Shown: piece after piece, positions 29,716 to 44,356 of the stretch
How the letters are laid out: every line of letters starts with the position of its first letter
Numbering within the stretch: the first letter of the stretch is position 1
Assembly: GCF_009914755.1 (NCBI RefSeq)
Contig: NC_060934.1
Reading direction: 5' to 3' (one strand)
DNA: 64,000 bases
Source of the DNA: the human T2T-CHM13v2.0 reference genome, Homo sapiens
Made by a program: the position numbers and the translations under genes
Notes under the pieces: model-generated
What the model was told of the DNA's origin: nothing
What the model saw: the letters and a program-made list of their open reading frames with translations, nothing else
The model's database searches: none

Positions 29716-30241
29716 AACTCATTTTGTGCTCAGTAGTGTGTAGGAAGAAACGGATCTCTAGGCTGCCCAACCAAGGCAGGCACGCCTCTAGTCTTCCACA
29801 GGTCTGTGGAGAGAAATAAGGAAGCTGCTGGTGTGTGCATCTATGGCCCTGATCATAATTTGACTTCAATTGTATTTGCACTTCCCTGTTCGAAATAGAA
29901 CCTCATAGATCAATATTTCTAGCTCTGACACTCACCAGACTGTCAGCTAATGTGTTATCTTTAAATTGGCGTTTTATGCAAGAGTTGGAAGTTTCTTTAA
30001 CTTTTTGCTTTGAAGCTCTTTGGTGATTTCTGAGAACCCTCTAGAAACTCCTGCTGAATAATACAATTAGCTGGTTGCCTTCTGCTCCAAGCTTATTTCT
30101 GTAGTTCTGACTTACTATCTTGGAAACATTTTTCAATTTCAGCATCCTCTCCCATTTGGTTTTCAAAGTCTTTACGTGCCTCAGTTAAACATATTCCTTT
30201 AACATGCAGTGGAAGAAAATGCATTAGAAAACCAGATGGGT

Positions 30242-30400
30242 TTCTCACCACCAAAAATGATAAGTATGTGAGGTAAAGCATATGTTAGTTAGCTCAGTTG
30301 AACCATTCTACAATGTATACATATTACAAAACATCATGTTGTACATTACAAATATATATAATTTGTATTTGTCAACTTAAAAAAATTAAGTTAAAAAAAA
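30242..30400 (+). mobile_element. L1MA-type 3' end fragment with poly-A and TSD
   Basis: Same L1 3' terminus plus A-tail; TSD agatgggt on both sides. Confidence 0.8.
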
Positions 30401-31254
30401 AGATGGGTCTTCAAAGTCAAAGAGTGTTTACAGAATCTGTAGGATCAGCATATTGGTTAGTGGGTCTTGAACTCTGATGGCCATATACTCTGCCAGAGGA
30501 TCAGGAGTACATGCAGCTGCTGTGATGTGGTTGTCAGCTTTTTTTTCTTCTTTAGTATGTGTCCTGTGGCATAGATTTGGCCAACAGCTTTTAGCTATTG
30601 GGGAATATATAATACACTCTTAGTCTTCAGTTTATAAATGGGTTATATTCTACAAGTTCATTTCCCAGGAGCGATATAGAACTTAGAACACTTTCCTGGA
30701 TAAGCAGTATTAAATGTTGTGATTTGGTTCACAGACTCTAGTCCTCAAAAACCTCTGTAACCCATAACACAGTTGTGATCTGCACATTTCCCACGAAATA
30801 AAGAGGAAAACACTATTGTTGGAATACTGAGCATTAGCCTCAAAGAAAAAGCAATAGAAGTGAGTTAGAAGACATTTCTTGTTGAGGGGCAATAATTTTA
30901 TTAAAGATGAGTAAAGAGTTAAACTTTTCAGAGATTTCGAAAAGGAGTTTTAGCCATTTCTGAGATTTTAGATGTTGGCAGCTGTAGCTTTTTGTTATGG
31001 CTAATTACACTTCAAAACTTGTACCTATATGAAGGAGTCAGAAAATTGCCCCAGTAATTTTTTCCTAATGTTTTTTAACGAGATGCTTATAAATGGTATG
31101 AAGAAGGATGGAAGGAGGTAGCACAAGATTTAAATTTTTCCCCAGAGATAAAGAAAAAGGAATAAGTTCAAAAGAATAACCTCTTCCATAAGAGAAAACA
31201 TGTTTGAAGTGAATTAAACGGAGTTGGTAAAGGTAGAGAAAAAGGAACAGGGAA

Positions 31255-31540
31255 AAACAAATGCTGTATGATTTCCCTTATATGAAGTACTTAGGGTGGT
31301 CAAAATCATAGAGACCTTAAGTAGAAAGGTGGTTACCGGGGATGAGGAAGGGCAATGGGAATGGGGAGTTAGTGTTTACGGGCTATAGAGTTTCTGTTTT
31401 GCCAGATGAAGAGTTCTGGAGCTTACTGGTGGTGATAGTTGCACAGCAATATGAATTTACTTAATACCACTGAATTGTACACTTAAAAATGTTGAGATAG
31501 TAAATTTTATGTTGTATGTATTTTATCATAAGAAGAAATA
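31255..31540 (+). mobile_element. L1MB-type 3' end
   Basis: caaatgctgtatgatttcccttatatgaagtac...cactgaattgtacacttaaaaatg...aaattttatgttgtatgtatttt. Confidence 0.8.
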
Positions 31541-32025
31541 ATTGGGAAAAAGGGCATGTTTTGCAGGTCTTTCATCCCCCTCCCTAGTCTATTAGGATGT
31601 AAGAAAGAACCGAAACGCTCCTCTTCTGGAAGTGGTTATGATTATGAGATGGGGGTCGTGGTCACCTGTACTAGGCGAAAATAGAAGGAAATGTCCAACA
31701 AGTTGATCGTTATTCACAAGTCAAGAACTGGTAACTCGAGGCTTGATTGTCCAGAATTCTGCAGCCTTGGGGCTTTATGGATTGATACAGAAGGCCAATA
31801 ATCAGAACACAAACATGCCTGCTTTTCTGCCTTCAGTGCCACCAAAGGTCATCTGCCTATAAAGCTGAAGGTTTGCCAAATAACCAGAGACACTTTCTTA
31901 TGTGAAGCATTGATCCACAAGGATATGCCCTTATCATAAGTGTGTGCTGTCTCAAAGTGGAAAAATAGAGCGCCTTTACCTTTCAGTCAGGAACCTCCAC
32001 TAGTTTGATACATTAAGATCCTTCT

Positions 32026-32390
<365 letters not shown>

Positions 32391-32793
32391 TTATAGCAGT
32401 GGCAGTCAAAAGAATTATTGACTTCGATAATTAGGAAGAAATTTTCAAAGCTATCACCTGCTTTTTCTTTTCTTTTAATGTTTTACCTACTGAAAATTAT
32501 AAAAACAAGATAAAGTTAAAAGGGAGAGAAAAAATTGAGATAACTGATGGTAATGTGAAGTACTAAAAATGGCAAAATTAGAAAAATAAAGTGATGACAA
32601 GAGGATTTTTCATATAAGGCAGCTAAGTGTTTTCAAATGTGCATATTGTACCAGCCAACATAATAAATTGAGTGTGTTAAACTCAATTTTTCCTTCTCAA
32701 ATTGTTGCTGAGTAAAGCACATAAATTAAAGGATTAAGTGTTACATATAACCGAGACAAAACATAGTTATTCATATTTAAATTGTGTAATAGA

Positions 32794-35183
<2,390 letters not shown>

Positions 35184-35395
35184 TACATTATGTATTAGAA
35201 AAAAAAACTAAACTGTTCATTTTTAACCAGTCTGAGTGTGTGGTATGTGTGTCTGTAGACTATATTTAGCTATATTAAAGTTATTTATCACATGTCAGCT
35301 ATAAATAGAATATTGATATGAAAACAAAAATACCTTACAGATACAATATTTTTGTTTGAAAGGAGGGAATATTTTATTTCAGATAGAAAAGTCTA

Positions 35396-35657
<262 letters not shown>

Positions 35658-36320
35658 AGTTTTCAACTTATTTTCTTTCACTACAATAAGCTTGTATATT
35701 CTATTTGTATCTTTCTCTAAAGTTAATAGCTTTGAATAAAAAACAAGAAGTTATAGTAGGAATACACATACACATTTGAACTACATGATTATAACTCGTA
35801 AATACTTTAGTTTGTAAAGGCTGGCTTAGTTGACTTCCTCAAAATCAAAACGATTACCCTTTACATGCCTACTAGGCAAGGAAGGCATGTGCATAGCTCT
35901 AATTCCAAGATTTGTTTATTTAAAGAAATATCCTGACTTGTTAGTATTGTGACCTTGAAATTATTTTCTTGGTATTTAAAAGTATGCTTTAAAGTAATAT
36001 TGGGTGTGTTTCTCTACCAGTTAATCAACTAAAAAGTATTCATTAGCTGCCCACTGTGGCCTAGTGCTATGGCACCTAAGAATGGAGAAGATCACATCTG
36101 GAAGTCTTCAACTTGTAAGATAATATTTCTCATTCCAGAGAAAATGTAATATTAGGTTTCAGGTCTACTGAAGGAGCCCTTACCACCTAAAGAGAATTCA
36201 TAAAGTGCTAGGCTGCTACATTAAAGGTGGTATGAGTAGGTCATAGGGCCAGGAAGCTTGGTAGGCACAGGACAAAAACCTGTTTTAGGACCACAGGTGG
36301 TCAAGTATCATCCAGGAGTG

Positions 36321-36441
36321 TGACACTACACCTGGGTGTAACCTAAGAATATGACTCCATACCAGTTGTGACCAAGGAATGTGACTCCGTCACCAGGTGT
36401 GACCTGAACATAGCACTCCATTCCTAGGTGTGAATACACCC
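36321..36441. repeat. Degenerate ~31-bp minisatellite, ~4 copies
   Basis: Units cctgggtgtaacctaagaatatgactccata / ccagttgtgaccaaggaatgtgactccgtca / ccaggtgtgacctgaacatagcactccattc / ctaggtgtgaa. Confidence 0.75.
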
Positions 36442-36562
36442 ATTTTGAGCTGGGAGACTGATTCCATTTAATTCTCTTATGTGCCCTAATTTTGCTCCAA
36501 GAAACTAGCTTATGAAAGGAACAAATTATGGCCTAATTCTCCATAAAGTTTTGACACCAAAA

Positions 36563-36837
36563 AGAGAGAGAGGGAGAGGGAGAGGGAGGAGAAGGAGAAG
36601 GGAAGGTGAAGGGAAGGCGAAGGGAAGGTGAAGGGAAGGCTAAGGGAAGGTGAAGGGAAGGCTAAGGGAAGGTGAAGGGAAGGCTAAGGGAAGGCAAAGG
36701 GAAGGAGAAAGGAAGGGAGGAAGGGAGGAAAGAAAGAAGGAAGGAAAGAAGATAGGAGGGAGGGAGGGAAGGAAGGAAGAAAGAAGGAAGGGAGGGAGAG
36801 AAGGAAGGGAGGGAGGGAGGGGAAGGAAAGAAGGAAG
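36563..36837. repeat. Purine-rich tract with an 11-bp tandem array (GGGAAGGTGAA / GGGAAGGCTAA) and (GGAA)n
   Basis: Read directly. Confidence 0.95.
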
Positions 36838-37341
36838 ATCGGGTAATTGAAAGTTGGTTAAATCCTAATCAATGCAGTCAGAAAGATGACTGGTGAGGAT
36901 AGCAACACCAGACAGACACTTTGGGTTTACATATCTGAGCTGGTTATAAAAATGTCAAGTCCTAATTACAGAGACTCAGAATGGACCATATTGCAGAAAT
37001 TTATTTGCAAAATAGTTATTTGAAACACTGCATCCAAAAAAACAACCATTAGATTACAAAACTTCCCTCCAAAACTTACTGAATATTTAAGTAAAACAAT
37101 AGTTCTTAAAAATGCCAGAGAATAGCTGCAGACTCTGCAGAAGTGGTTACCTCCAAGAAAGGCCTTTAAATGTGAGCCTCATTGTGTTTTGGATTTGAGC
37201 CTTGACTTCAACATTGGGTCATCCTATTCAGGTGATTGTACCTCTAGGCTTTAGTTTCTGCATCTACAAAATGGGAATAAAAGCAACAACTTCGGAGAGT
37301 TGTTTTGAGGAATAAGTGTGACAATGTATATAAAGAACTTA

Positions 37342-37652
37342 GGCCAGGTGGCTCAGGCCTGTAATCTCTGTACTCTGGGAGGCAAAGCCAAGAAGATCAC
37401 GTTAGGCCAGGAGTTCAAGACGAGTGTAGGCAACATGGCGTGATGCTGTCTCAAAAAAAAAAAAAAAAAAAGCCAGCCAGATGTGGTGGTGTGTGCCTGT
37501 GGTCCCACCTATTCAGAAGGCTGAGGCTGTAGAATCACTGTAGCCCAGGAATTTGAAGCTGCAGTGCGCTATGATCCTGCCACTGCACTCTGTCCGCCTA
37601 GGTGATGGAGCGAGACTCTCTCTCTACAAAAACTTTAAAAATTAAAAATAAA
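37342..37652 (+). mobile_element. AluJ inserted in a MIR
   Basis: Diverged dimer with a long central A-run; MIR sequence on both sides (catctacaaaatgggaataa...; ggcatagtatctggtacctaat). Confidence 0.85.
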
Positions 37653-39402
37653 AACAGCTTGGCATAGTATCTGGTACCTAATGTATGTTCAACCAATCTT
37701 ATGATGATGATGGTCATGCTGGGGCTGATGATGGTGATGATGATGGTAGTAATGAGGATTGCCACCACCATCTTGAAATGCCAGCATTCCACTGTTCTTA
37801 ATTCAAAGACTCTGCTGTTAGCTCAGTTGTAGATGTACAAGAAAAGACAAGTACCCTCCAGGTTTCCCTAGCTGTGGGCCTAGAGCACTAGCAACTCCTG
37901 GGACACCTAAGGGGAGGTATCTAGTGGCTGGAGGCCACACCTGTGTAACTCCTTTAGCGAGATTTTCCTTAGTTCCCATGCATTAGGCCACTGATTAATT
38001 CAATCATTTGACCAATATTTGTTGAACATCTACTATGTGCCAAGGATATAACAGCAAACAAAATACAGTCTTTACTTTCGAGGGATTTACCCACAAATGG
38101 AGGAAATGGACAAATAAACGTGCAAATTTTAAGATAGTATAAATGTTATAATTGAAATAAGCACAGGATATAGGGCCCCAGAGGGAAGTCCCTATACCAT
38201 CTTCATTGACATCTGAGGTTTCTACAACCATTTAAGTACCTGAAGAAATCTAAACAGGTATTTAACCAGGGAAAACAAGCCCTGACCCATATTATGAAAC
38301 TTCTGTTGTTTTTACTTAATTCTCTGCTGATATCATCTCTATTTTATTCCCTCCAGAGTAGAAAGATGCTAAGCATTTACTCCTGGTATTGGGAGCCTTG
38401 TCTAAAAATCTATGACTGGGACAAAATTTAGTGTTCCAGTTAAAATTTGTATATTTTAATGAAGATGACTTACTCATTACAATAAAATTAAAGGATTTTT
38501 TTCAATACATGACACTTCTACTTTTGAGTGTTTTTAAATTGTTTATTGTTTTTAAAGAGTAAGCCTCATTTTAATGAGCTATGAAAATTCTTGCTCTTGG
38601 GAACATTTATAGAACATAATAAAATGCTTATAATCTGTTTATAATAACATGTGGGTCAGTAGCAAATACTTAAGAGGATAAAAAAGAGAATATCTCACCA
38701 TAGTCTGAGTCATAATTTAAACTTCTACTGGAATTGAGTCTTCAAACCAAGAAATAGTGAATAAATTATTACAGTTAAAGTAACAAAAAGATATTTTTAA
38801 CGGTGTTTAGATTTTGGTAATTGAATTCTAATTACAGATATTATACTATCATCAGGAAAGTCTAACAAGTTTTGTCAACTGGAAATATATATTTGGTATT
38901 TTGTCTTTTTAACTTCATATTTCATTGTGACAACAAACTTAAAAAAATATTTTCTATAATGTTAATGTCACAAGTGATTCCTTGAACAAATGTATGCTCA
39001 AACACCACTAAGGATCTACCTTTGAATTTTACAGTCACCAGAAACACCCTGTGTGACAGTAGCGGGCATTTTGCCCCTGTTTATACTCAGAGACACATTT
39101 TGGCATCAATAAGCAGACTCATCTAAAATCCATTTCAAATAGATGTTGTTGTGGATGATCTGGGAACATGGAGGGTAAGAGAGAGTATAACAAGTTTCAG
39201 AGACCCTAGCAACTCACAAGATCTAGGCTGATACACTACCAAGTCTAGACCCAAAATCCTTAACTAGGGTTGACCAGCTTGTAGGAGCAAAGCCAGTATT
39301 TGATCCTAAGCCTCTCTGATTCCCAAAGCCATGTTCTTAACTACTAGGAAACACTCCAGTATTATCTCCCACTCAGGGATCCCGTGTACTGACTTATACC
39401 AG

Positions 39403-39432
39403 TGTGTGTGTGTGTCTCTGTGTGTGTGTGTG
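39403..39432. repeat. Interrupted (TG)n
   Basis: Read directly. Confidence 0.85.
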
Positions 39433-41380
39433 CATACATGGAGTATAACACTAAATCTTAGATTTGAATGGAGGTTCATTTGACTACAGAATTGATCATT
39501 TTCCCACATACCTGCTGCCCCCTTGCCCTAGAGACCTCCAGTGATTTTGAGGATGTCTGTGGAAATGATATCCTTCCATTCTTTGATATAGACACCTATG
39601 AGGGTAGTGGGAGTCTTCCCACTGATGGTTACATGTTCATAACACAGTCAATCAAATGGGAAAAGAAGCAGCTCCTGTTAGCTGATGGGCCAAGTAAAAC
39701 ACATTTCACTCTGCAAAAGAAGCCATTGATTGGACACAGGCAGAGAAGTGGTCAAATCAATGGTAACTAGAGAAGAGGGGCTGAAAGAGTGTCTGGGCAG
39801 AAGCAATCATATGTGCAAAGGCCCAGTGGCAGCAGGGAGTATGCCAAGTTTGAAGTCTGGGCGGAGAGTGGTGAGCTGGAGGGTTTCTTATGCCAATAAA
39901 GTCTGGAGAAGTCGGAATAACAAGCACTAACAGGTATTGGGCACTCACTGTGAGCTGGGCACTGTGACAAGTGTTTTTAAAGTGTTACCTAATTTAAGCC
40001 TCATATTTTTGCCTATGAAAAATAGAGAGAGGCAAAACAGAGAGAGGCAAAACAAACTGCCAGATAACATAGGCTCTTGTTAAGGGCTGTAGAAGCAATG
40101 GGAAGCCATCAGAGGGTTTTAAGCAGAAGTAGTGACACAATAAGACTTACATTTCAAAAGGATGATTCTCATCAAAATAAAGTAGGGATGCCCCCATGGG
40201 CACCACCCCTTCCAGCCCTCATTGTACCCCAAATTAAAATATTTACATTTGAAATGGTCATGGATATTGAACTTGAAAATAAATGACTATTCTGAAATAA
40301 AGACTGAGATGGTGTTAGTTGAAATGCTCTTTAATTGTTTCGAGGAGTTGGGAAAAGGAGTAATGGCTACTAACCCAGCTCTCTCTACTTCCTGGGAACT
40401 GTATTTCAAGACGTTGGACTTAGAAGGAAGCTTGTGGTGTAGACTACAAAGGGGAATTAAAAACCTGTTCCCTCCAGGCCCAGGTGGACTGTTAATGCTC
40501 CCCCTACCCCATGCCATACTCACTGATGACTATGAGTTGTAGCAGTGTTTTACTTATACTGCAGGAACACAAATTCCTTCTTCATGGGCCAAATCCAAGC
40601 CACGTGTGTTTTTCTTTGACCGTTGCAGTACTTTAAAAATTGGGAATCTTGCATTAAAATGTTCTGGCTTCTCTGGCAACCCTGGGCCACTATTCTCCCT
40701 TGGCCCGTGGGCTGACAGTGATCCATACTAACCCCCACAAGATGAGACACACCAGCTCTTTACCACACACCTGGCCCCACCTCCAGGTGGTGTCCTGTTC
40801 AGCTCTAGCCTCATTTCCTTTACCTGCTTGGTCCTGCAGGCATCTCCATTTTGGACCCTGGAGTTGTATTCTGAGATTCACACAAGCTTTGGGGCACTTC
40901 AGTTCAAGGATTTAGGAGGCTGAACTGGGAGTTGGGACAAAAAGGAGAAGGGCTGTAAACACAGACAGGTCATCTGTGAACAACCTTCTGGTTGGGTTCT
41001 TCCTGGGAGATACAGGAAGCGTTCCAAGCAGGGAAAGCAAGTGAGATAGTGCCAGGGTGAGAATGTGTGCAGCAACTGTGAGACAATGAAGAAATGATGC
41101 AGTGGACATAGTGAGAGGTAAGGTCCATTTGGTAGCTGTGGTTACAGTTTGGAGAATGAGGTGAAAATTTGAACCTAAAACATTAGAGAGCCATTGCAGA
41201 CCCTTAAGCAGGTTGAATTTTGAATAGTGGCACATTAGGACCAATAGCCTGGAGGCACCCTCTATAGGAAGGAGAGTGGCACTTACAAACCTGAATGCTT
41301 TTCCCTGGATTAGGAATTGGGTGCACTGAAAATAGAGGGCCAGAAGCCAGCATGGGCCCACTTAGTTTTCATTGGCATGA

Positions 41381-41606
41381 GACACTGGTTACAGTAAAAG
41401 GACTAGTCTTGAAAATTTAGCATCACCGGGAGAAAAATGAAATGCAATAAAAATTAGAGTCAGTTAAGAATGGAGGAATTTTTACTATGACACAGCACCA
41501 TTGTAAAAAATCTCCCGCCTCGTGCCAAGGGGTCCGTGCTGCTAAACTCCTCCCCTGAGTCAGTGCATTTGAGTGCTCTCAGTGCAGTCGGCACAGCCAG
41601 AGCAGC
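41381..41606 (+). repeat. Copy A of a ~225-bp local direct duplication
   Basis: About 90% identical by hand alignment to 44135-44356. Confidence 0.92.
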
Positions 41607-42202
41607 TGGGAGCAAGGCCTTCTCCAGGCTTACATAAAGCATAGGTCTTGACCAAATGTGGAAAACCTTTAGGGACATGAAAACCATTAGGGATCCGTAG
41701 CCCTGACTTGAACCAAGCAGAATAAACAAACCCCTGCCCAAATTGGAACTCACTGGACGCCTTTCAGAGTTATCCAAGGGGAAAGGCTGGAGGCCTCAAG
41801 GGTCTTCGAGTGGGTTAATGTCTTCTTTCGGCTGCCTAGCTCAAGATGGGGCTTTATCTGTGCTTTCCTTTGTTCTTTTCTCAAATGTCTTAATGCCTCA
41901 GTGGCAAATCCACAAATGGATTGTGTTTTGAACCTGTAATGTGTACCATACTATATTTTCCCTGCTAATGGTATAGTAAAGCCCGTTAGACCTTTTGTTA
42001 CAAAAGATTCAGGAACTGGGCTGGAAAGGTTCCAGGTAGCATTCACATTTTCCATGGACAGGGTCTTGGTAAGTTCCCAACCTTATTTCTATTTTCAATA
42101 TCCTTTGTCACTCTTTCCAGCCTCACGATCTAGTTTTCTACACGCATAATGTAGAGAAACGCTGTGTCTCTCTCCCCCAACAGTTAAGTGGCATCATTTT
42201 CA

Positions 42203-42637
<435 letters not shown>

Positions 42638-43099
42638 TCATCCAGTAAATAGTCAATTGAGTGCCTGCCGTGGACTAGATGCTATGCTAGGCACTATATT
42701 GTGACAGCGGAGGGGGCTGGATTGAAGAAGAATGAAACAATACCCTAGTTCCCTGATATTCACAATCTGTTAAAGATGGAGATGGGCATAGAGATGGGAA
42801 ACCAAAGCACAGAGCAGCTAAGAACCAAGCCCTAGATGGTCACAAATCCATAGCTCACAGAAGTGTGATCTGAACTATCATGGAGCTCTTACCCTGCCTC
42901 TAGTCTACCTGTAGGAAATATAATAGAATGTAGCACAATATAGGAAACATTTGCAGAATGCCTGCCACCCCTGTTCTAGCTAGGGATGAAAACAATGAAA
43001 TAAAGCACTGTTCTTAATTCTAGGAGTATGATTTAGATTAACAAAGAGACAGACATGAACCAGTGTTTACATTGCAGCATGATACACAAAAGGCAAAAA

Positions 43100-43320
43100 T
43101 TGGTGATTAAGAATGTGGAGTTTGATGACAGATAGACCTAAGTCCCAGATCAACCATATAGAAACTGCATGATCTGGGGCAAGTTACTTAACTCTTCTCT
43201 TCTAAGTTTCATCATCTTACCTGTAAAATAGGACAATGCAGACACTTGCCTCAGGTCATTATAATGGGTTAAAAAGTAAATTAATGAATATAAAGTGATT
43301 AGAACACTGTCCAAAAAAAG
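43100..43320 (+). mobile_element. MIR
   Basis: ggggcaagttacttaactcttctcttctaagtttcatcatcttacctgtaaaatagg. Confidence 0.7.
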
Positions 43321-44134
43321 TGGAGATGGAGCGAAGAAGGCACTCAGAAATGGCAAGAACAAAGGCTTAGCTGCAGGATATGTCTCAGGATGGGGGCTGG
43401 AGGGGTCATGTTTGGCAGGAGCAGGGAACATACAGGGGGCCTTGAGAAATGGAGCTGGAATGGATGTCCTGGTTTGCAGGTGCATTGGGCCCTAGGTCAG
43501 GGCAAATCTTGGGAAGATAGGCATCCAGGACAGCAGCTACTGCCAGCTCTTGCTTTCAAGGTTCATTTCTTCCATTCACACCTGGCCCTTATCACTCTTC
43601 CAAGGTGTATCGGCCACAATCAGTTCTCACCTGCCCTAGAAGGTCTCTCTGGTCTTCCTCCCTAGTTCAGTTGGATCATGCACGGGCAAATAAATCCTTT
43701 TTCTCCTTCTCTAGCTCAACCATGAGAAAGTTGGAATTTTTTAATGCAAAATTTTCCTTTCCAAGAAAAAGAGAGAAAGGATGGAAGAAAGAGAGGGTAG
43801 AAAAAGGGACTATAGGAAGTGGAAGGAAAGGGAAAAGGAAGGAAAGGCTATACAGACACACAGAAACACAGAAACAGATATGTTCAGCAAAGCGTAGACG
43901 TCATACCTCATTTATCAAAAGTGGGTCACAGATCAGCCTTGCCAATGGATTCCACTTGTAGGACCTCCAGTGCTTATTCTCTTCCTTGCTTCTGCCTTGA
44001 ATGTCTGGACTTGGAGAGATTAAACTAGTTGTCTGAGAAGAGTTGGCTGCCATGGCTATTCCAGAACTTTCTCACCTCTCACACAGCACCCCGGATCTTT
44101 AATCCCCTTGGCCCTGTTCATTCCACTCTACCTT

Positions 44135-44356
44135 GACACTGGTTACAGTAAAGGGACTAGTCTTGAAGATTTAGCATCACTGGGAGAAAAATGAAATGTA
44201 ATGAAAATTAGAGTCAGTTAAGAATGGAGGCATTTTTACTATGACACAGCACCATTGTAAGAAATCTACCCCCGTGTGCCAAGGGGTTCCATGCTGCTAA
44301 ACTCCTCAGTCAGTGCATTTGAGTGCTCTTGGCACAGTCGGCATAGCCAGAGCAGC
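44135..44356 (+). repeat. Copy B of the ~225-bp local direct duplication
   Basis: About 90% identical to 41381-41606. Confidence 0.92.

Noticed and set aside
36321-36441. CRISPR-like repeat/spacer pattern
   Set aside because: Degenerate tandem units without unique spacers, in a mammalian intron; treated as a minisatellite.
36650-36850. Lys/Gly/Arg/Glu-rich ORF
   Set aside because: Translation of the purine repeat.
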